From: Bacteroidales bacterium
GTDB lineage: Bacteria > Bacteroidota > Bacteroidia > Bacteroidales > UBA12077
Length of the DNA stretch: 43,817 nt
NCBI GenBank assembly: GCA_028282585.1
Contig: JANQHR010000081.1
Span: forward strand, 1 to 43,817
Direction: 5' to 3'
Positions within the stretch are counted from its first letter, which is position 1. Each line of letters opens with the position of its first letter. This document shows, piece by piece, positions 38,102-43,817 of the stretch. A program made the translations under genes and the position numbers. The notes beneath the pieces were generated by a model that worked only from the letters and a program-made list of their open reading frames with translations, did not search any database and was not told the DNA's origin.

Positions 38102-40093
38102 ATGAAAAAAAATAATTGCCCCGAAATTACTGAATTCAACCCTCAAAAAAATTATGAACAAACCCGGCAGGAGATAGGATACGTTAAAAGAAAAGAAGCT
38201 ACAAAAGCCGATTACGAAAGAATTGGTTTTATGTCTGGTTTAGAAGTTCACCAACAATTAAAAACCAAAGAAAAACTATTTTGCCATTGCCCTGCAGGGA
38301 TCTATCATGATAATGATGATTACGATGCCGAAGTTATCCGTCATATGCGTCCAACTTTAAGTGAATTGGGAGAATATGATGGTACAGCTCTGATGGAATA
38401 CAAAACACGAAAAGAAATAGTATATCGATTAAATAATAAAACCGCCTGCACCTACGAAGTTGATGATACTCCACCTTTTAAAATTGATAAAGAAGCTTTA
38501 GAATACGCTTTGGAAATCTCATTGCTCTGTAAATTAAATATTGTAGGCGAAGTTCACATTACAAGAAAGCAATATCTGGATGGAAGTATACCAACCGGAT
38601 TTCAGAGAACAGCTATTTTAGGTGTAGAAGGTGAAATTCCACTTAAAAATAAAAAAGTAAGGTTAATTCAACTAAGTATTGAAGAGGATTCCTGTCGTGA
38701 AATCTCTGATATAAGACACACGAGAATTTATAAAACGGACCGATTAGGAATGCCTTTGATTGAAACCGTTACCTACCCGGATATGTTAACACCTGATGAA
38801 TTAAAAGAAGCAGCGGAATATATTAGATTTTTAAACAGAAGTACAGGTAAAGTTAGAGTTGGCAGTGGTGCAGGCCGAGAAGATGTTAATGTAAGCTGTA
38901 AAGGAGGAACGCGCGTTGAAATAAAAGGTGTTTCCTATAATAGGATGATTCCCGAATTGTCACACAACGAAGCTTTCCGCCAGTGGGCTCTGTTAAATGT
39001 TCGCGGCAAATTAAATGATAAGATTAAGGATGCCTCCAAATGGAAAATGCAACATCAGGAAATTGATTATCGCGATTATGAATTAAAATATGAACCCATT
39101 ACAGACGGATTAATAGATAAATACAGAATTATAGCGGTAAACCTTCCAGGCTTTAAAGGAATTTTATCACACTTTACTCAACCAGGAAAGATTTTTGCCA
39201 ATGAGATTTCTGATAGACTAAAGGTAATTGCTTGTTTGGAAAAACCCAATATGGTTCACTCTGAAGAGTTAGAAACAAAAGTTATCGAAGAAAACTTCTG
39301 TAAGCTACAAGAACTTTTTGATGCAAGCGATAATGATGCTCAAATTATTTTCTGGGCTCCCGATGAAGATATTCCTACAGCATTAGAAACTATCGAAGAA
39401 AGATGCCAAATGGCCTTTGAAGGAGTTCCTCCAGAAACAAGAAAATCTTTCTTGGATGGAACCTCCATATTTGAGAGAGTTCTACCTGGAGCAGATAGGA
39501 TGTACCCAGATACAGATTCGGCACCAATTCCATTGGAAAATAGTTATATTGATAATTTAAGTAAAAACTTACCTACAGATATAATTGACAGGTATAAACA
39601 ACTTAAAACGTGGAAAATTCCTGAAGACACATTCAGATTTATTTTTAGAAATAACTTGTTCCCATTAATTGAAAAAATCATTCAAGACTTAAAGTTAAAT
39701 CCTACCTTCATTGGCACATTTATCGGGCACAAATTAAAATTTGTAGAAGGACATTATACTTCCGCCGAAAAGTTTGAATACTCCAAAATTTACGATCTGT
39801 TTAAATTTCTTATCGATAACAATCTGGACATTCAGTTAAGTAAAAAAATGATTCCGGTAGTTTATGAACACCCAAAAATGGATTTTGATTCAATCTTAAC
39901 AAGCATAAACTTCAAGAAAATACCTAAAGAGGAAATACTGTCTAAAATTCCTTTTTTAAAACAGAAATTCTCCGAAATCAAAATATCAAAAAATGACTCA
40001 GTAGCTAAACAATGGATCATGGGAGAGTTACAAAAAACTGCAATAGGAAATATTTCTCCGGATGTATTAGCTAAAGCAATTGAGCAAAATTAA
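38102..40093 (+). CDS. gatE: Glu-tRNA(Gln) amidotransferase subunit E
   Basis: DYERIG..GLEVHQQL, KLFC, RPTLSELGE, DGS..TGFQRT, EED, DRLGMPLIE, DVNVS..GG.RVEIKGV; a GAD-like insertion (HSEEL, GVPPETR); LPGADRMYPDTD. ATG 38102 is preferred over 38057. Confidence 0.93.
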   Translation: MKKNNCPEITEFNPQKNYEQTRQEIGYVKRKEATKADYERIGFMSGLEVHQQLKTKEKLFCHCPAGIYHDNDDYDAEVIRHMRPTLSELGEYDGTALMEYKTRKEIVYRLNNKTACTYEVDDTPPFKIDKEALEYALEISLLCKLNIVGEVHITRKQYLDGSIPTGFQRTAILGVEGEIPLKNKKVRLIQLSIEEDSCREISDIRHTRIYKTDRLGMPLIETVTYPDMLTPDELKEAAEYIRFLNRSTGKVRVGSGAGREDVNVSCKGGTRVEIKGVSYNRMIPELSHNEAFRQWALLNVRGKLNDKIKDASKWKMQHQEIDYRDYELKYEPITDGLIDKYRIIAVNLPGFKGILSHFTQPGKIFANEISDRLKVIACLEKPNMVHSEELETKVIEENFCKLQELFDASDNDAQIIFWAPDEDIPTALETIEERCQMAFEGVPPETRKSFLDGTSIFERVLPGADRMYPDTDSAPIPLENSYIDNLSKNLPTDIIDRYKQLKTWKIPEDTFRFIFRNNLFPLIEKIIQDLKLNPTFIGTFIGHKLKFVEGHYTSAEKFEYSKIYDLFKFLIDNNLDIQLSKKMIPVVYEHPKMDFDSILTSINFKKIPKEEILSKIPFLKQKFSEIKISKNDSVAKQWIMGELQKTAIGNISPDVLAKAIEQN

Positions 40094-40109
40094 ATTCATT
40101 TTAAACCCA

Positions 40110-40125
40110 CCTGCCAGCTGGCAGG
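40110..40125. repeat. Perfect 16-bp GC-rich palindrome
   Basis: cctgccagctggcagg in the gatE-gatD spacer. Confidence 0.8.
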
Positions 40126-40141
40126 ATCAAATTCTAAAATA

Positions 40142-41527
40142 ATGAGCGAAGATATATTTCAAGGATATAAAGGTAAAGCACTAGAAATACTTAAAAAATA
40201 TAATGTAAGAGTTTGGGGACAGGCAGTAATCCAAACTACCAGAGGTAACTTTGAAGGCACGGTACTTCCCAGAGCCGAAAATGATGATGATATTCACATT
40301 GTATTAAAGATTGTTACAGGATACAATATTGGTATCGATATCGGTACCATAAAAGATATGAAAGAAACTGGCTATAAAAAAGCTAACTATAAAATTCCCG
40401 AGAAAGAATTTCCGACAACTAAAGGACTACCAAGCGTTAAACTTTTTGGAACAGGAGGAACTATTGCTTCCCGATTGGATTACAGAACTGGTGCTGTAAT
40501 TCCAGCTTTCTCTCCAGGTGAATTATATGGCGCTGTTCCCGAACTTGCAGACATTTGTAACCTAACTACCGAAAAAGTATTTGCAGTTTTTAGTGAAAAT
40601 ATGGGCCCTAAGCAATATATTGCACTTGCTAAAGCAATTGGAGAAGAAATCAAGAATGGAATTGATGGTATCGTTATTGGTCACGGAACTGACACTTTGC
40701 ATCATACAGGTGCAGCATTAACCTTTATGGTTCAAAACTCTCCAGTTCCAATTGTATTAGTGGGTTCGCAGCGCTCTTCGGACCGTCCCAGCTCCGATGC
40801 TGCATTGAATTTAATGCATGCTATGAAAACAGCCGGACACTCGGATATTGCCGAAATAATGGTTTGTATGTTTGGCCCAACATCTGATGAATATGGGCTT
40901 TTACATAAAGGTACAAGAGTCAGAAAAATGCACTCATCATATCGATCCACATTTAGAACAATTGGCGACACCCCATTGGCCACAGTTGATAGAAATAAAA
41001 TTACTCCAATCAAACAAAACTATAAACATAGACGAAAAGACAGAGATGTTGACATTCTTCCATATTTCTCAGACAAAGTAACTATGTTATATTATTACCC
41101 GGGAATGAAACCTGATACAATTGATAGCTTAGTTGATAGTGGCTATAAAGGAATTGTAATTGTAGGAACAGGACTTGGCCATGTAAATAAAGAATTGTAT
41201 CCAGCTATCGAAAGAGCGAACAAAAAAGGAGTTATGATGTATATGACATTACAGACACTTTGGGGATATGTTCATATGTTTGTATATGATACGGGAAGAG
41301 ATATGATGGCAAAAGGAATCATTCCTGCAGGAAATATGTTACCAGAAGTAGCCTTTATTAAATTAGGTTGGGCTTTGGGACAAACCGAAGATCCGGAAGA
41401 AGTAAAACGAATTATGTTAACACCAATTAATGATGAAATTACAACAAGAGAGCCATATAATGGTTACCTAATCTACCAGGGCGGTGTTCCGGAAGTAGAA
41501 GATTTTGTGAAAAAGTTTAGAAAATAA
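40142..41527 (+). CDS. gatD: Glu-tRNA(Gln) amidotransferase subunit D
   Basis: GatD-type N-terminal domain (G.VLPR...D..HIVLK..TGYNIGI) plus asparaginase core TGGTIASRLDYRTGAV, HGTDT, GSQRSSDRPSSDA, GTRVRKMHSS.R..F. Confidence 0.94.
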   Translation: MSEDIFQGYKGKALEILKKYNVRVWGQAVIQTTRGNFEGTVLPRAENDDDIHIVLKIVTGYNIGIDIGTIKDMKETGYKKANYKIPEKEFPTTKGLPSVKLFGTGGTIASRLDYRTGAVIPAFSPGELYGAVPELADICNLTTEKVFAVFSENMGPKQYIALAKAIGEEIKNGIDGIVIGHGTDTLHHTGAALTFMVQNSPVPIVLVGSQRSSDRPSSDAALNLMHAMKTAGHSDIAEIMVCMFGPTSDEYGLLHKGTRVRKMHSSYRSTFRTIGDTPLATVDRNKITPIKQNYKHRRKDRDVDILPYFSDKVTMLYYYPGMKPDTIDSLVDSGYKGIVIVGTGLGHVNKELYPAIERANKKGVMMYMTLQTLWGYVHMFVYDTGRDMMAKGIIPAGNMLPEVAFIKLGWALGQTEDPEEVKRIMLTPINDEITTREPYNGYLIYQGGVPEVEDFVKKFRK

Positions 41528-41530
41528 AAA

Positions 41531-42163
41531 ATGTTTGCTGATTTTTTTGAAATATTAAAAGCAGAATTAAAGAAAGATTTACCTGGAGAAAAAGCCCAGG
41601 TTAAAATGGCTCCAGGTGTTAGGAGCCATTTTAAGACTTCAGCAAAAAGTAGAAAGGCGGGTGTTCTGATTTTAATTTACCAGAAAGATCAAAACTTATA
41701 TGTTTCCTTTATACAACGTACCGAATACAATGGCCCGCATAGTGGACAAATCTCTTTCCCTGGAGGAAAATCCGAAAAAAGTGATAAAAATATATTTGAA
41801 ACCGCTTTACGGGAAAGTAATGAGGAAATAGGAATCAACCCCGATTTAGTTGAAATTTACGGACAACTTACACCACTGCATATCCCAATAAGTAATTTCA
41901 TTGTTTATCCGGTAATAGGTATTTATAAAGGAGTTCCTGATTTCCTTATTGATCCTGCTGAAGTTAAAAAAATTATTGAGGTAAAATTAAAGGACCTCCT
42001 TGATCCGAAATATTGTACAACAAAAGAATTTAATTACGGTGATCTTTCCTTTATGGCCCCTATTTATAATCCAAATGATTTAACAATATGGGGTGCTACA
42101 GCAATGATACTATCAGAATTTCTTGAAATTGTTAAAAATAACTATTCTAAGTTTCAGGTATGA
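41531..42163 (+). CDS. Nudix CoA pyrophosphatase (NudL-like)
   Basis: HSGQISFPGG..TALRESNEEIG, NP/DP.EV and IWGATA motifs. Confidence 0.9.
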   Translation: MFADFFEILKAELKKDLPGEKAQVKMAPGVRSHFKTSAKSRKAGVLILIYQKDQNLYVSFIQRTEYNGPHSGQISFPGGKSEKSDKNIFETALRESNEEIGINPDLVEIYGQLTPLHIPISNFIVYPVIGIYKGVPDFLIDPAEVKKIIEVKLKDLLDPKYCTTKEFNYGDLSFMAPIYNPNDLTIWGATAMILSEFLEIVKNNYSKFQV

Positions 42164-43580
42164 TATTTTTGTAATGCTCATATCGATCTAGAATCTGATA
42201 AACATAATTGTAGGTTTCAGATCCTCTACAGTATCCATACTTAACTATAGGATCTTTATAATACTTAGGATTTGATTTCTTTAAAATGTATTCATCAACA
42301 TTTTTTTCCCAAACATCCGGATCTTTACCTTCTTTTTCGGCTAATCTTCTGGCATCTAAAATATGCCCTAAACCAACATTATAGGAAGCCAAAATAAATT
42401 TAATTTTTTCTTCTTCATCTGTAATTCCTCTGTTTTCAAATCTTTTATTGAGCCATTTTATAAAATCAACACCTGCTTTTATATGCTTTTCTGGCGGAGA
42501 ATTTCGATTAACACCAAATCTTTGAGCTGTTGTAGGCATTAACTGCATTAAACCAAATGCCCCGGCCCATGATTTTACATTAGGCTTAAACCTGGATTCC
42601 TGGTAAATTAAAGAAGCTAACAATCTCCAATCCCAATCAATGTCCTTACTATATTTTTTGATGTAATCATCATAATTTGATACCCTTCCACTCGTAATAG
42701 CATAAAAGTCACTTTCTACAATTCTTACCGAACGTGGATTCTTAAAGTATTTATTATAAATTAAAGCATAATTAAGTGAACCCTTAAAATCTTTCAACCA
42801 TGTATCTATTTCCTTTTTTAATAAGTCATCACCTTTTCTTATCCCCCAAGCTAAATTTTGAGGAAAACTAACCGCTGTTTTAACATCTAAAACTGGATAA
42901 TAAATTTGATTTACCATTGCAACATTTTCATCTGCGACAGTATATTCAATTTCTCCATTAGCTACCAATTCAATTAATTCTTCAACCTCTTTATCAGTTT
43001 GCTCAATTAAATTGATACTATCACCAATCTCATCCGATAAATTATACATTCTTTGGGCATGTGATGAACCTTTTTGTACATATATAACCTTACCAGCTAA
43101 ATCAAGCTGATTACGTAGTAACTCCTTTTCCAACTCTTCATTTGATAAATCTTTCCAGTTTTCAGGTTTTCTTTGAACCAAAACCTGGCGTGTTTGGCTA
43201 TGTGGGTATGTAAAGTCAATAACTTTTGACCTTTCTTTTGTTACCGTAAGATTAATACCTATAATATCGCATTCACCTTTCTGTAACATCTCAAAGTTTC
43301 TGTCAATATCATTTTCAACTTTTACTTCTAGTTTAACCCCTAGATGATCAGCTAAAAGTTGAAGTAACTCATACTGATATCCCATGGGTTCTCCTCTATA
43401 TATAAAATAATTAGTTGAATTATAATCCATTACTGCAATTAAAGTTCCTCTCTTTTGAATCTTTTCAATTGAGTTAAGATTAACAAAGGACTCTTTTTGC
43501 TTCTCTTTACAGGTATTAAGAGTAACAAATAATAGTATTAGTAGTGCAGGAAACTTTAGAACTTTAAAAAATTCTTTCAA
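42147..43580 (-). CDS. mltF: MltF-like lytic transglycosylase (SBP_bac_3 + SLT)
   Basis: YFIYRGEPMGYQYEL substrate-binding domain; YQESRF, GLMQLMP and ASYNVGLGH SLT motifs; TAACTTTG promoter motif on the minus strand at 43636-43643. Confidence 0.88.
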   Translation of the reverse strand: MKEFFKVLKFPALLILLFVTLNTCKEKQKESFVNLNSIEKIQKRGTLIAVMDYNSTNYFIYRGEPMGYQYELLQLLADHLGVKLEVKVENDIDRNFEMLQKGECDIIGINLTVTKERSKVIDFTYPHSQTRQVLVQRKPENWKDLSNEELEKELLRNQLDLAGKVIYVQKGSSHAQRMYNLSDEIGDSINLIEQTDKEVEELIELVANGEIEYTVADENVAMVNQIYYPVLDVKTAVSFPQNLAWGIRKGDDLLKKEIDTWLKDFKGSLNYALIYNKYFKNPRSVRIVESDFYAITSGRVSNYDDYIKKYSKDIDWDWRLLASLIYQESRFKPNVKSWAGAFGLMQLMPTTAQRFGVNRNSPPEKHIKAGVDFIKWLNKRFENRGITDEEEKIKFILASYNVGLGHILDARRLAEKEGKDPDVWEKNVDEYILKKSNPKYYKDPIVKYGYCRGSETYNYVYQILDRYEHYKNIIPET

Positions 43581-43718
43581 AATAACTATTTTAAATTTAG
43601 CAAATAAATTTACGTGATGTATTTATATTTTGTTACAAAGTTATTGAGTTAACTTTTTTGCAACAAAATATCAAGTAGTAGATGTATGTTGTAATATTCA
43701 AATAAATATTTTTTTTAT

Positions 43719-43749
43719 AAAAAAGCCTCAATCTTGATGATTGAGGCTT
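43719..43749 (-). terminator. rRNA operon terminator
   Basis: Minus strand aagcctcaatc-atcaa-gattgaggctt followed by a T run. Confidence 0.85.
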
Positions 43750-43757
43750 ACATAAAG

Positions 43758-43817
43758 TCGGCGGCGACCTACTCTCCCACAAACGCAGTACCATCGGCGC
43801 TAACGGGCTTAACTTCT
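43758..43817 (-). rRNA. rrf: 5S rRNA, 3' portion (runs off the window)
   Basis: ggcggcgacctactctccc..gcagtaccatcggcgc..gggcttaacttct is the reverse complement of the conserved 5S 3' half. Confidence 0.93.

Noticed and set aside
991-41081. Many 60-118 aa ORFs overlapping larger genes (e.g. 8527-8883, 17340-17648, 17737-17949, 40732-41013)
   Set aside because: They are antisense or off-frame shadows of well-supported CDSs. The Pro-rich ones mirror poly-Gly codons.
38102-41527. Ordinary GatB plus L-asparaginase
   Set aside because: The GatE-specific insertion and RPT.SELGE motif, the GatD N-terminal domain and SR.DYRTGAV, and their adjacency all point to GatDE.
18736-41527. A nitrogen/glutamine supercluster (NtrY-like kinase, glnA, aminotransferase, gatDE)
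   Set aside because: The genes are dispersed on both strands among unrelated housekeeping genes, and no shared motif was seen.

Overview
AT-rich bacterial chromosomal window, very likely Bacteroidota (T9SS genes, TAnnTTTG promoter motifs, propeller/Y_Y_Y sensor, Bacteroidota-like 5S rRNA). It is mostly housekeeping: era, der, rlmH, nadC, pdxH, glnA-like, valS, an aminotransferase, namZ, lolE-like, a Nudix hydrolase, mltF, and the 3' end of an rRNA operon. The most striking feature is an intact gatE-gatD pair (38102-41527), the Glu-tRNA(Gln) amidotransferase normally regarded as archaea-specific. Also notable: (1) a tightly coupled five-gene cluster joining a T9SS type B adhesin, PorP/SprF, a PD40-PKD protein, an unknown secreted protein and a propeller-PP2C sensor; (2) a lipoprotein gene bracketed by truncated attC-like sites; (3) nested MITE/REP-like repeats; (4) a decayed REP-associated tyrosine transposase with flanking REP hairpins that the ORF track misses; (5) a hemerythrin plus pseudo-receiver LuxR pair; (6) an SLC12-like transporter that appears to need a non-AUG start. 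All assignments come from motif recognition by eye; no database searches were run.
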